Assembly: GCF_022045235.1 (NCBI RefSeq)
Contig: NW_027266343.1
Span: 28,272,001 to 28,336,000 of the forward strand
Reading direction: 5' to 3'
From: Haliotis cracherodii
Taxonomy: Eukaryota
DNA: 64,000 nucleotides
The position numbers were made by a program, and so were the translations under genes. The notes under the pieces are model-generated. The model was not told the origin of the DNA. It saw only the letters and a program-made list of their open reading frames with translations, and searched no databases. Below are positions 49,683 to 62,040 of this stretch, piece after piece (positions within the stretch are counted from its first letter, which is position 1; every line of letters begins with the position of its first letter).

Positions 49683-50884
49683 AAAGGTTGGGGCTGGTCA
49701 AAAAGTTCTGAGCTTGACTAACTTTCAACTATGGGCCATAACAAAGTGAACTAGTCAGTGTAGTACATTGTTGGAGTAGTTCATTGCATGTATATTTGGT
49801 CTATTTAGGATGTATGTATATTTGTGACAGCCAGTTGAACGTGATAGGGGTGCAAATGGATATAGAAAAGAACGAGTACCGAGCAGTCATCAAGTTTTAT
49901 ACTTTAGACAAAAGTATTCCCCAAGAACTTCATGACCGCATGTCACAAGTGTATGGTGATAAGTACGATACCTATTCCAATGTTAAACACTGGGCAGCTA
50001 TGTTTAAGGCTGGGAGAACAAGCCTGGATGATGACGCTAGGTCTGGACGTCCCTCAACTTCCATCAGTGAAGATTCAATGAAGGAGATAGAAAAACTTTT
50101 GCTGTCAGATAGATGTATTACCATCACTGAACTTGAGGAAGACACAGGTCTAAGTCATGGATCCATTGAAACTATTGTTCATGAACATTTACAGATGAAT
50201 AAGACATCTGCTCATTGGATGCGAAAGTTTATAAATTCTGATCTTAAGGACAAAAGAACTGACATTGCCAGAGGAAATTTAGAGCTAATGGAGGAGGATT
50301 TCGCCAAATTCAAAAAGTAATAACGTCATTTCATGGAATGGCACCATTCCTCTTCTCCGGCACCAAAGAAATTCAAGTCGTCAAGATCATTGAAGAAGTT
50401 TATGGCCACTGTATTCTGGGATGCAAAGGGTGTGATCCCTGTTGATTACTTAGAAAGTCAAAAGACGATTACTGGTGCCTACTATGCTGATTTGCTTCAT
50501 CGCCTGAGAGATTCTATCAAAGAAAAGCGACGAGGAATGCTGACTGCTGGAGCTCTTCCCATTGCATGACAATGCCTCTTCTCACACCTCTCGACTTGCA
50601 AAGGCTGATGTGCAAGAATGTGGGTTCGAAGGGTTTCCTCCCTCCCACAGTCGCAAGACCTGGCACCAAGTGATTTCAACCTTTTTCCTAAAATGGAACG
50701 ACAACGATGACCTCAAAGCTGCCGTGAATGGCTTTTCAGGGTGACTTCAGAAAACTTCTTCCTGGCTGGGATTAAATAGTTTAACTATCCTTATGAGAAG
50801 TGTATTGAAAAGCAGGGAGATTATGTTGATTAATGAAATTAAAAACACTTTCACAATTGTTGGTTTTATTGTTAGGCTTAGAAC
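49683..50884 (+). mobile_element. Mariner (DD34D-type) transposon remnant with internal deletion
   Basis: Left TIR-like ggggctggtcaaaaagttctgagcttgac and partial right TIR ttaggcttagaac. Transposase motifs: EKNEYRAVIKF, DDARSGRPST, WMRK (WVPR-like), KFMATVFWDAKG, HDNASSHTS. Confidence 0.9.
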
Positions 50885-51587
50885 GACGGAAATACACAGA
50901 AAATCCGTGAACACCAATCCAGTCCAAGTTTACCTTTCTTTGTGGAACAGTATTTATTATTTCCGTTAATTATGTCATATTTCAGTTATATTATCTGTTT
51001 TATTATTCTTGGTCCATTATATATACATCACAAAGATTATAGTTTGTGTAACCTTATTTCGTTTATCCGAAAAACGCATACCCCGTATGTGTATATAAAC
51101 TCTCAGCAATGCTGACTATATACATTTGAACTTTTGTACTAATATAATGTCTTTGTAACACAAGTAGTAGTATGACGGAAATATACCAAGACCTTTCTCG
51201 ATCGCTGTGTCCTTGGCTTAAAACTTGTTCAAGCAGCCTTTATTGATGATTAAACCAGCCCCGTAGTTCATCAGAGTGCACTGAGGTTTTGTTAAAAAGC
51301 GATTTCACCAGAGCAGCCTAGAATTTCTTCAGTATCTGATATCGTGCTGGGGCTGATATAGGCTCTTCATTAAGGCACACTGGGATTACGACTGGTATTT
51401 GTCCGAGCCTTTGAAAGAAGCCTTAGGTAAGTCATGATTTCTGGTCACTAAATGAGCATAGAAATCAGCTGTGGCTCTTAATGCACATGACCAGGATATG
51501 GTGGTGCTGGTCATGTACGTCTGTGTGTAGATTCAGTTTCCACCGGAGAGGTGTCACAAGAGCGCAATTCACTTCCCTTCCCTTGGT

Positions 51588-52047
51588 CTACGGGTGGCCC
51601 AGGCGTCCACTGTACACGGTCCTGTACAGAGTTGAATCCCTAGAAGCCTATGATCGTGGTGTCGAATCCCGGTTTTTTCTTACTGTGTTTCTAGTTGTTT
51701 TTTAAAGCACCATACCCGCTCTCGTGCAGAGATGGATCCAGGATCCAGCGTGGGTGGGTGTTTTTTACACGTTGTGTAAACAGTTATTATTTACCTTAAC
51801 GACCAAAAAATAACATGTTGTCATGGTAGGTAGTGCGCATACAAAATGTCATCAGTTGCGAAAAAGAGGGTGTGGCCTACAGAATCCCCCTACATCCCCC
51901 CTCCCTCTCTGGGTCGGCCACTGACTCGTGGGTTTCGCGAAAGTGGTAGGCGTCTAGGACACGTTGCAGGCTTTCCTCCCACATCAAGCTGACACCAGGA
52001 TATAACCGAAATTCCGTTAAACCAAGCTAGCTCACTACCTCACTCAC
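51588..52047 (+). mobile_element. SINE family B interrupted by a MITE
   Basis: Head cgggtggcccaggcgtc...gtcgaatcccgg. The body resumes at ctcgtgggtttc (about 51925) and runs to a (CTCA)-type tail. Confidence 0.75.
51727..51923. mobile_element. hAT-like MITE (CAG...CTG ends)
   Basis: Imperfect TIRs cagagatggatccag / ctgggtcggccactg, with ctcgtg duplicated on both sides within the SINE. Confidence 0.6.
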
Positions 52048-52067
52048 CGTGTCAGTCTCACACATTA

Positions 52068-52232
52068 CAGTGCCAACTGGCTAATCCAGACCTCGTAAGT
52101 CGGGAAACTTGCCATCACTGCTCGGAACCTATATTTAGTATAGATAGTAAGTAATGAAATACATTGTACTACGTCGAGACTTTTACAATCCGGACGAATT
52201 AACCATAGTTTGCGGATTAACGAGCTTCCACT
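52068..52232. mobile_element. Tc1/pogo-type MITE
   Basis: TA|cagtgccaactggctaatcc ... ggattaacgagcttccacta|TA imperfect TIRs. Confidence 0.5.
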
Positions 52233-52277
52233 ATATGCTCAAAATCTGGACGCAGACAATAGACATTAAAGTATAAT

Positions 52278-52440
52278 TTGTTGGTTGTTTAACGCCACAC
52301 TCAGCAGTATTCCAGCTATATGATGACAGATCCAATGATCTACGCAGTTTGTTTACGATGACACACAATCAACCAAGTCAGCGAGCCTGACCACCCGATC
52401 CATGCTGGGAACCTATTATAACCCGGAATGTCTACGGGGT
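52278..52440 (-). mobile_element. SINE family A, deleted old copy
   Basis: tttaacgccacactcagcagtattccagctata, aaccaagtcagcgagcctgaccacccgatc, aacccgga. Confidence 0.8.
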
Positions 52441-52464
52441 TCAATTATCTGTGATGTTTTGGCA

Positions 52465-52700
52465 ACAATTCATTGCCTTGTATACCATTGTATTACTGGG
52501 TCCCGAAAGTAGGTGTTTGGCGACTTTATTACTGCTGCACGTGCATCTTTCAAATCAACGGGCTTGCAGTGTTTCGGCGACCGATTCAGCCTACTTACGT
52601 TTTGATAACTTTTGTTATCATCATGTCTTTGACAAATCCAGTTTTCAAGTGTATACTTTCTTTTGGCCGACAGTTTACTTTAGCCACACTGAAGAATACT
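52465..52700 (+). pseudogene. Possible Penelope-like RT fragment
   Basis: LPCIPLYYWVPK...FITAA resembles the Penelope LP.LYW.PK.HK...RFIA motif; heavily decayed. Confidence 0.3.
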
Positions 52701-53199
52701 GTGCGCGTCCACTCTCATGCTACGTTCAAGCATGATCATCCGACCTCGATGGGGGGAATTTGAAGAAGGTCTCTTGCCTCGTAACTGCCCAGTACTTGTT
52801 CAACAATAACCAGCCTATCACGGCCTTACATAACCCTACTCTATGCGTGCGCCTTATGCACAAAAGCGGCGCAGAAACCCACATGCAATGGAGTCGAAAA
52901 TTATCAGAATTTGGGGACTGCCATCAGGCTATGTGACCACCTCACAGTCGACCCAATCTTAAACGCATCAACTAGGAAAAAATAATTTAGGAAGTCATAT
53001 AGATCTGCCGACGCAGTTCAATACATATGCCTACCTACCCTGGTTTCATTACCCCGATGCACATATATGACCATGCTTAGGCCACATACATCGTTGCCGT
53101 GCAATGACCTTCACTTACCACAGTACTAAAGAGACTCCTTGACGGCTAGCTTTGCTTGTTGTCCGCTGCGTCGGCTGTAACAACCTCAGCTAGTTCCGA

Positions 53200-53745
53200 T
53201 GTTTGCTTTCCAGCATACGTCTATGGCGCACTCCATAATAACACAGAACTCCCCGCCCAGCCCTACTGCCCCGACCCTACTGAACCCTGTTTATATTCAC
53301 AGCACAAAAGTAGAACTGGCCGACTGTGAGCTTTTTTACATGGCATTGCTCGAGAGAAACTCGTGTTATGTGACATTCAGTGACGAGTAGGACGTGACGA
53401 CTCGCCTTGAAGTTCGGATCCTTAGTCTCGGGCCAAGTGTCTCCATTTTGTGACAAGATCGCCCAAATAACACTAGATTTCATATCTCAGCATGGAGAAT
53501 CAAGTAGCTCCACTCTGCCAGACATGCTATTTCGCCATCTACTAACAACAGATGCGGGTTAGAGTTTCATCCAAGCCCGAGCCCTTTCAGGCACTGACTA
53601 CTGTAACAGTTTCCTTGACGGCATTAACCAATATCTTCTGATCATGGCCGGAAAATCCAAAACACAGCCGCTAGAAAAAAATGCCAGAACATCCAAGTGG
53701 TCAAACATAACAACAACGGTCAATAATATGCATTTGTTGACAATA
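53200..53745 (+). pseudogene. L2/CR1-group LINE RT C-terminal remnant
   Basis: RHLLTTDA...DYCNSFLDG...QNTAAR...SNIT...MH, matching the L2 pattern LDYCNSLL..QN.AAR..HITP.L..LHW. Confidence 0.7.
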
Positions 53746-53909
53746 GAGACCAGGGTCCAATAGAGACCCTGTGTATATCAATGTCAGCACGACCTGCACC
53801 CCCAAAGCTTACTGAACACTCTACTTACAAACCTATCCGCAGCCTCAGATCTGAAAACCAGAACTTTTGTCTGTCCTTCGTGCCAAACTGAAACAAAGAT
53901 ATTGTAGTG

Positions 53910-54254
53910 GTGAGGTGAGGTGAGGTGAGGTGAGGTGAGGTGAGGATTATTGCACTTATATAGCGACGTGCTTGCACGTGTGTGGGGCTGCTTGCACCAG
54001 TCCGGACTAATGCTGATTTTATAGTGCTAGGCCACTGAGATACCATGCCGCAGTTTAACATGAATACCCTTCTCAGACAGTGTATACCGACTCCGAGCCG
54101 ACCAGTCCTTGTTTTAGCCCCTTAATGCCGAGCGCCAGACAGGGTAACAATAAGTTCCATCTTTTAACGTCTTTTGGTATGACGCGACCGGGAATCGAAC
54201 CCCGGACCTTCCACTCCCCGGGCGGACGCTCTACCACTAGGCCACGGAGGCGGT
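53910..54254 (-). mobile_element. SINE family C, full-length
   Basis: On the minus strand: A box tggcctagtgg, B box ggttcgattcc, and (CTCAC)n tail. Confidence 0.88.
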
Positions 54255-54294
54255 TTAAGTGCTGTGGCGTTCACATTCTGAAACAGACAACACT

Positions 54295-54735
54295 ATAAGG
54301 GTAACGCTATTTTTCAGGGCATTATCATTTGCAGAAGCCCGAGGTCTTCCATTAACTGCCCGACGAAGGAGGGCAGTTGAAAAGACTGAGGGCTTCTGCA
54401 AATGATAATGCCCTGAAAAATAGCGTTACCGTTATTATAGCTAAAATGGATGGAATTTTGTATCAAATAAAAAGAAACAACAATATCGGTTTTACTGCAA
54501 TCAACACAAATGTCACTGAACCACTCTTACAAATATGGAAACGTCATAGAACAAACCAGATGACGTCACTATTGAACGTGATGTCACCTATGCCTACCCT
54601 ATGACGTCCCCTAACAACGGGCGTGATAATGGCCCGTCGTCAAGCCATATGAGGGCATTATCAAGTTACAGTGGCCAGCAGATTCTTGATAACATGCGGG
54701 CGGTTTGCTGATAATTCTATCCATTTTAGCTATAA
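54295..54735. mobile_element. About 440-bp double-inverted-repeat non-autonomous element (Crypton-like)
   Basis: Near-perfect 46-bp hairpin arms at 54295-54340 and 54390-54435, then a second IR pair ttatagctaaaatggat (54435-54451) / atccattttagctataa (54719-54735). Confidence 0.7.
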
Positions 54736-54799
54736 ACTCTCATAAGGAATGCTCCATCCCTGGACTCCTTTCGTCCCATGCTAAAAACTCTCTTTCTTC

Positions 54800-55066
54800 T
54801 TCATTTTCCGACTCCTCACGGCGTATATCTTCACAACAACGACATTCAGGTCCTGGGCCTCTCGATCACCAGATTGGGCTCCAGTGAACCGTTATGGGAT
54901 GAGTTGGATAGACGGGTACAACAGCGTCAACCACAGCCGCAGACTCTGCCACAGCTGTCACTGTCACTACAGATCAACTGGGTCAAATTCCCAGTGTTTC
55001 GTACCACGGGCAGGATCTGTCAGGCTTTTCTTCACTCCCACAGTGGGCACACACGATCCTGACTGA
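54800..55066 (+). pseudogene. Tc1 transposase C-terminal remnant
   Basis: HNNDIQVL..SRSPD..EPLWDELDRRVQQRQPQPQTL...SGHTRS. Confidence 0.8.
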
Positions 55067-55539
55067 AGATGACCTTGAACTTTGACTTTTGATATGTTAC
55101 CTATAGAACTAATGTCCAATGTGGTAGCGTGTGTCATGTGTGAAGATCCACCTGCTTTCCGTTGATCCAGTAAATGGTGTTTAACCTCAACCCAAATAAC
55201 GTATCTACCCTAGTCTCAAGCATTACAAGCTAACACCTGGTGTCAATAGTGATTTTCAGTGATCCATTCATTTCATTTTCAGCATTAGTTTGCCTTTGAC
55301 GCACAACGCAATCTGTTTCGGCTGATAATCGAGACTGATTGTTATCATCATCACACTCATCATCTCAGCGGGGATGTTGGGCACCGGCCCATACAGCTTA
55401 AGTTACAGGGCAGCCAACATACAGTGTTTAGTTACACTATAGTCTCTTAACTGCATAACATACAAACATTGTCAAATGTCTAACAAGTCCAATGTTACCA
55501 AGAGACATTAGTGTATTTCTGTAAAGTGGGATGTACATA

Positions 55540-56960
55540 GTATTTTTGTGAATATAAATTTACCTCACAAACATGCAAAACATGAGATTCATTTTCTACA
55601 TATTAATACTTTACAAATTCTTTCTTCTCTTGTTTGTTTTATCATATGAACCTGTCTCGATGTTTAATTGATGGGAACTACTTCGAAACTCCACATGTAA
55701 TTTTGAACAGCGAATGGGACAATGTTTTACAACCACCTGTTAATTAAGGCATGTCAATCATGTTCATATATACGTTTAGGTCGTATCATAAACTTTGTTT
55801 TAAAACGATCAAATGCTGTATCTACAGGTTTTCCAACATTTTACCAAAACCTACTTAATACAACATTGTTTTTAGTGTTGAAGTAAATTTATTTTAATGT
55901 TTAACAACATCATATGATGACATATTTCTGGTGAACGTAAACCCACATGTAAAATACACTGCATGTAGGACGCTTACAAGAATAGATGTAAACTGGATAT
56001 CTTTGGCATTCGCCACGAACAACATGATTTAAAGTAGACGTCTCCAGCTTAACACAAGAAAAGACTGGCACGCAAACTTATTCAGCTTCTCTAGATCTGA
56101 ATTATAATCAATACCCAGGCCCCATACCGCAGCGCCATACAATACAAATGGCAGTTTATTGCTATTCAAAACCTTGAAGAAAACATCATACGGTATAGGT
56201 TTCAGTCTTGATTAACGTCTTAAAATACCAAATAGTGTCATGTTGGATTGCAAAATGTCAAAGTTGTAATTCCAAGACATAGTTCTTGAGTAGGTTATGC
56301 CTGAAAATAACACGATCACTATAGCAATAATGTTCTATGTTGTCGGCCAAGGTCATGTATAAATATGGAAAACAGAAAAGGGACTCAAAACACAGCCCTG
56401 CCGAGTGCCGCATTTAAACATAGCCGAGAAAAGCCTCTCAACTTTTACACATAATTTAACTGATTCATAAGCAGTTTTGGGGGACACTCTTTTGAGCTCT
56501 AAGACGAACCATAATTTAGATATATTTACCATATCGAATGAATTGGTAAAAAAAAGTTTTAAAAAAAAGAAGTTTTACCGTTACCCTTATTTCCGCCAAT
56601 TGACGATGAAATCATTGTTTGAAAACTACATATCCATGGTAGCATAACCCTGGCGAAAACCAGTCTGCAATTCTGAAACCTTTTCAAAACATCATGTCAT
56701 AGGGTTAATCTTGTCCTCAAGACTATATGTAAAGCTTAATAAAATATTTAATAATGTAATGCCTTTTTGATCTTCCTATTTATGTAATGGGACAAACAAG
56801 CCGACAGACCAAGACCAAGCACTATCGAAAGACCTTTCTAATATGTGATCTTGAAGTTTCAAAAACTCTGCAGTAATCTTATCATATCATTGTCGCTTAT
56901 TTTCAATATGTTCTTAATTTCTTGAATTTGTTCCCTATCTGCAAATAGAGGGCGTTTTTA
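55540..56960 (-). pseudogene. RTE/RTEX-type LINE remnant (RT and C-terminal Zn-finger region)
   Basis: On the minus strand: GITLLNI, ELQTGFRQGYATMD, GTRQGCVLSP..SIFIHDL, LYGAAVWG, VRGEC.RYP and SHQLNIETG..ERICK..ENESH. Confidence 0.8.
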
Positions 56961-57995
56961 CAGCCTTGAAAATGTGATTCACTGGGCAGTGGTCAAACGA
57001 GTGGTGACGACGAGGTGACGATAAAGTAACAAAGAGGAGAAGACAAGGTGACATGTACCGACCTTGATCATCAGTAGTCAACACCAACGGTTTGTCCATA
57101 GCAGGGAGATGATACTAAGAGTGAGTTGGCACAAATTAGAGTTTAATCTACAATACATAGTGGAACCGCTCACTCGAGTGTGGCTCGCTGGCTGGTGGTC
57201 ACGCTACAGAGCGCCCATGGCCGATTCAGTGCGTGACTGTGAGAAATGGGAAGATCTCCCCACGGAAACACCCGAAATTTAATCTGACAGAGTTACGTTT
57301 CTTTGTCCCCGAGTGCCCACCACACAAAATAGACTCTTTGGCCATACTTTATATGGTGATGTAACGGGTCAATTTGGTTTTTATTGTTTTTTTGTTAATA
57401 TGCATTAAAATATACAATGCTTTTGTCAATTGACTCAAGAAACACTTTGAACTTATTGTTGGTCCTATTTTCATTGCAAATAACAGCTAGATATATTGGT
57501 AATGCTATGAATAACCTCTTATATTTCAGATGTTAGATGATGTACTTTTGCAATCCCTAAATAAGTACAGATTTGACATCCGCCCAGCTGCTAAGATTTC
57601 TTTGATCACATGTTATTACTAACCCTACGAGCGAGGCCAGATATAAGAATGAACGCGTGACTTTCATGCGTTATTTTATGAGCCTGTCTGTATTCATTTA
57701 AGTGTTTATGACACATACGTTATTTATTGGTCTCAAAACCGATTAGAAACGCTAACCCCGTGTGTCCAATAACGGAGACTCCAGGTTCAGCCTAAGTGGC
57801 AGGTCGTGCAAACTGGAGTCAAGTCGTTCAACACAAAGACCACGTGCAATCAATTTTTTTATGTCTCAGGATGCCCCAAAATCACAAAATTCAACGATTT
57901 TGTGAAATAGCAGTCGACTCGAGTCACGAATGTAAGGTGAATGTGATCACACTGATTACAGGAAACCTGACAAGGACACCATTCTGACATAGTTC

Positions 57996-58105
57996 AGTGA
58001 GTGAGAATGGTTTTACGCCGCTTTTAGCAATATTTCAGTAAGATCACGGCGGGGGACACAAGGCTTTACACATGAACCTATAAATCGAACCGGGCCTTAG
58101 GCGAC
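57996..58105 (-). mobile_element. SINE family D, divergent
   Basis: gtgagtgagaatggttttacgccgcttttagcaatattt...cacggcgggggacac...aatcgaaccggg. Confidence 0.7.
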
Positions 58106-59507
58106 CCCGTCGATCGTAAAATGATGTATATGACTGTCTCCATGTTACATTATTATTATTATTGTTATTGATCGAAGGCATATAGTTACAATTATGATAA
58201 CAGATACTGAGTATATTACAGGTCCGTCCTGATAGGTAATAGAGACTGGGTGAACAAGGTAGTTGGAAACCAATAGCCATAGGGTTCATCCTTGAGGCAA
58301 ACTCAGAACTACACACTTACGACACTAGAAAAATGTCATTCAAAAATACACAATTTCATGAAAATAGTGTTCTTTTTTTTAGAAAGTCAATATTTTGACA
58401 TTATCAAGCACTTAGCGGAATCTTTTAATGCCCCATTACCTCTGCGGCTCATCCTCAAGACACGGGGCGTGTGTCCCTAGGGCAAGTCGCGGAAGTCATG
58501 ACGTCTTTAAAAGGACAACTCGCTTCCGGAATGATGGCGGCAATTTGGTGACACCCAAGGCGTGGTACAGTTTCCTTCATCTGCTGCTGTCAGCGTGTTT
58601 ATAAGTGCTAGCACTGTAGTGTTGATGATGAATCAAATATCACCATAATTACCAAGAACAACAAATAATAACATTACGTGGACTAATCGTACTTCAGCCC
58701 TATATTTCCGGCCGCCATTGATCAGGGAAATGAAGCCTGCTGGAGTGCGAAACCATTAGGCCATCATTATAATCATGTGTGTTGAGAATTCAACTGTTGG
58801 AGGTTGAAATAAGTTAAAAAATGGTTGACATCATGACGTCTGGAATTCAATTGAAGTATCGAAGAGTGTATTTGCCCAAAACCTTAGGCATTACAGCTTT
58901 TTTTTAAAACGGGATGGGAGCAGATAGGTGATTAACCGTTATTCTTGTTGAACACGTCAGCAAATGATCCAGCTGTATGTTTGTTGTACATGCCAAACGA
59001 TCAAAATGCTGCCCGGAACCCCCTCTGAATTTGTGACAGCATCAATATCCTTACTGCATAGATGTCTGGAGATTTTGTCAATCGAGTAGGCTGCGATTTG
59101 GACATTGAACTGATGAATGTTAAGCTATATTTCAAGCACACAAAAAAAATTGAACATGAGGGCGTACGCGCGAAGTTTTAGAGGATTTCCATAATATAGT
59201 TTAAACATGTTAGTGTTGAGACACTGAATGGGAACAAGTTAATCTTTGTTGCATGAGGCTTCAGTTCTCTCCCCGCACGACCACAAAATGCGCCCTATTT
59301 CACGCTAATGCATGAGTTTGAACATTACTACCCAACGATTGCTGGGGGGACTGTGCTCGCTCATATTGTTACGGAAGTCGGGAGACAACTACGTTTATAA
59401 ACGTTTACTTTGTTTACTGTTTAATGAACCTTGCTTGAAGAATGATTTTGCAATTTACTATTACCCCGACAGGTTTTGCCAGCAGAGGTCAGTGTCACCC
59501 ACTTTGT

Positions 59508-59796
59508 AGTGAGTGAGTGAGTGAGTTGGATTTAACGCCGCTTTTAACAGTATTCCAGCTATATCACGGCGTGTCAGCTTAATGTGGGGGGGAAGCCCGA
59601 AGTGATGCAGGTCTCGGACGTTTACCACTTCGGTGAAACCCACGAGCACGGGTGTGGTGCTGAAAAGCCGAGAAACATGTTCGAGGCGAACCTGGACTCG
59701 AATTCACAATCATCGGTTTCTGGCGTGCCCAAGGGACGCAAATCTGCACAGCGAATCGAGACGCATAAGACGACTGGGCCACCCCTGCCCCCACCC
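59508..59796 (-). mobile_element. SINE family B, full-length
   Basis: (GAGT)n tail through to head gacgactgggccacccctgccccc. Confidence 0.9.
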
Positions 59797-60337
59797 ATGT
59801 GGTAGAGTTCTGTAACAAAATCAAGATTGTCCGTTTAAGTATATGTCTAATAGTAATATGTATCATTTTACAATTTATTAAATTTAAACTTGCATAAACA
59901 CCTTGCGATTTCGAAGACCACGAACCACAAACCAAACCCACACACCCAGGGAGCTCTGCAGATAAGTCGATACTCGTACAGTTGTATTTGTTGTATATTA
60001 CAATAGATCATATAAAGTAGTCAGCTGTCAACAGACAAAACGAGACGATGCAGCACAGTTTGTATCAACACCACGCCCCACCCCCAGGCCAGACGATGCT
60101 GAGGGGTGATGGCACATTTTACATATTCCGTCGACCCTCGAGACAGCTCTCCCTGACGTCACAGCTAGCCTCTCGAAATGTCAGTTGGCCTTGCCATGGG
60201 CATCAGCATTTACCAACAGTGACGTCACGGAGCGGATCTTCGGGCATTGACGAGAATTGTAAAGTTCACGTCGTCAAGGTTGTCCCTTGTGTAAGGGTCA
60301 TATACGAGCAGGATCACACTGGTTGAGATAATTGGAA

Positions 60338-60832
60338 ACTGCATACCTGTCGACACAAGCATCGATAAACCAATGATATGATTGATAGTTCAACATGGCA
60401 ACGGTGCCAATGACTATACATCAAGAGCCATGTCCTCAGCGGCTTCAGGAGGGATTCCTCCACCTCAAGGTTCAATTTGCAGTTATAAATTGAACACTGC
60501 AAACCTGTCGACACAAGCATCGATAAACCAATGATATGATTGATAGTTCAACATGGCAACGGTGCCAATGACTATACATCAAGAGCCATGTCCTCAGCGG
60601 CTTCAGGAGGGATTCCTCCACCTCAAGGTTCAATTTGCAGTTATAAATTGAACACTGCAAACCTGTCGACACAAGCATCGATAAACCAATGATATGATTG
60701 ATAGTTCAACATGGCAACGGTGCCAATGACTATACATCAAGAGCCATGTCCTCAGCGGCTTCAGGAGGGATTCCTCCACCTCAAGGTTCAATTTGCAGTT
60801 ATAAATTGAACACTGCAAACCTGTCGACACAA
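60338..60832. repeat. 158-bp tandem triplication
   Basis: cctgtcgacacaa recurs at 60346, 60504, 60662 and 60820; the units appear identical. Confidence 0.95.
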
Positions 60833-61375
60833 TTAACGATGAAAGAATAATCAGAGACAAGTGACGACCAGGTTCCATTTATTATTACATTTCATTTATT
60901 AATGAGGACAAATACTGCCACAGTAAATACCGTGCATGATGTTTACTTGTGGCGTCTTCTAATCTGATTGAACTGAACGTTATTGTCCCCCCTCACCCAT
61001 GCCCAACATCTTGTGTTAAGTCAAGGGGTCAGCCATATCCCAGTCATTTCACTGAATAATAATTGATTCTCGACCAAGCAAACCAGTGGTCGATATCATG
61101 AGCAATATTCTATTTACATGAGTCCATTAGTGAAATGAGTGAGTGAGTTTGGTTTTTCAGCCATATCACGACGGGAGACACAGGGAATAGGCTCACGGAC
61201 CGAGGATCTTCGCAGCATTATAAACCTATTCTTCATGCAGTTTCCCATCCATCATATATTGCAACGTTCTGTGATATCACTGTAATGCACAACCGACATT
61301 CATGAAACATACAACATAAATGTCGAATAAACGTGATACACCTTTAAATTCTATTTGAAAATATTGTCTGGCCTA

Positions 61376-61770
61376 GTGCTGTGATGTGCTGTAGGTGGGT
61401 TGAATACCCGCTCTGACGTGCTGTGATGCGCTGCAGTCAGGTAGCCTAGTGGTAAAAGTGTTCGCTCGTCACGCCGAAGACCCAGGTTCATGGGTACAAC
61501 GTGCGAAGCCCATTTCTGGTGACCCCCGCCGAAATATTGCTAGAATATTGCTAAAAGCGGCGTAAAGCCATACTCACTCACTGCCTGAAAGTGGGTTAAA
61601 TACCCGGTCTGACATGCTGGGATGCGCTATCTGGAGGTGTGTAAAATACCCGGTCTGACATGCTGTGATGCGCTATCTGGAGGTGGGTAAAATACCCGGT
61701 TTGACATTCTGTGATGCGCTATCTGGAGGTGGGTAAAATACCCGGTTTGACATGCTGCGATGCGCTGCCT
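61376..61770. repeat. 46-bp minisatellite interrupted by a SINE
   Basis: tacccggtctgacatgctgtgatgcgctatctggaggtgggtaaaa at 61601, 61647, 61693 and 61739, plus degenerate units before 61435. Confidence 0.9.
61436..61582 (+). mobile_element. SINE family D (short tRNA-derived)
   Basis: A box tagcctagtgg, gttcgctcgtcacgccgaagaccc, partly deleted B box, and tail aatattgctaaaagcggcgtaaagccata(ctca)n. Confidence 0.85.
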
Positions 61771-61784
61771 GTGTGAGGCTGATT

Positions 61785-62040
61785 GTACGAGTCAGGACTA
61801 TCGCCCATTGTATAGTGCTCGTCCAAAGGGATACCATACCACACGTATAAATTGAATACCCCTTCTGACACAGTATACCAACTCCTAGCCGATAAGTCCC
61901 TGTTTTAACCCCCTAATGACGAACGCCAGGCAGGGTAACAGCAAGCAACATCTTTCAACGTCTTTTGGTATGACCGGGGAGCGAACTCCTGACCCTCCTC
62001 TCTCTGGGCAGACGCTCTAGCCACTAGACCACGGGTGCGA
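61785..62040 (-). mobile_element. SINE family C, divergent
   Basis: tcaacgtcttttggtatgac...gacgctctagccactagaccacgg, homologous to 53910-54254. Confidence 0.75.

Noticed and set aside
54180-54254. tRNA genes here and at 44421, 61436 and 3613
   Set aside because: A/B boxes are present but there is no complete cloverleaf. Each continues into a SINE body and microsatellite tail.
60314-60878. Three similar minus-strand ORFs as a small gene family
   Set aside because: Product of the 158-bp triplication (not a multiple of 3); no recognisable domain.
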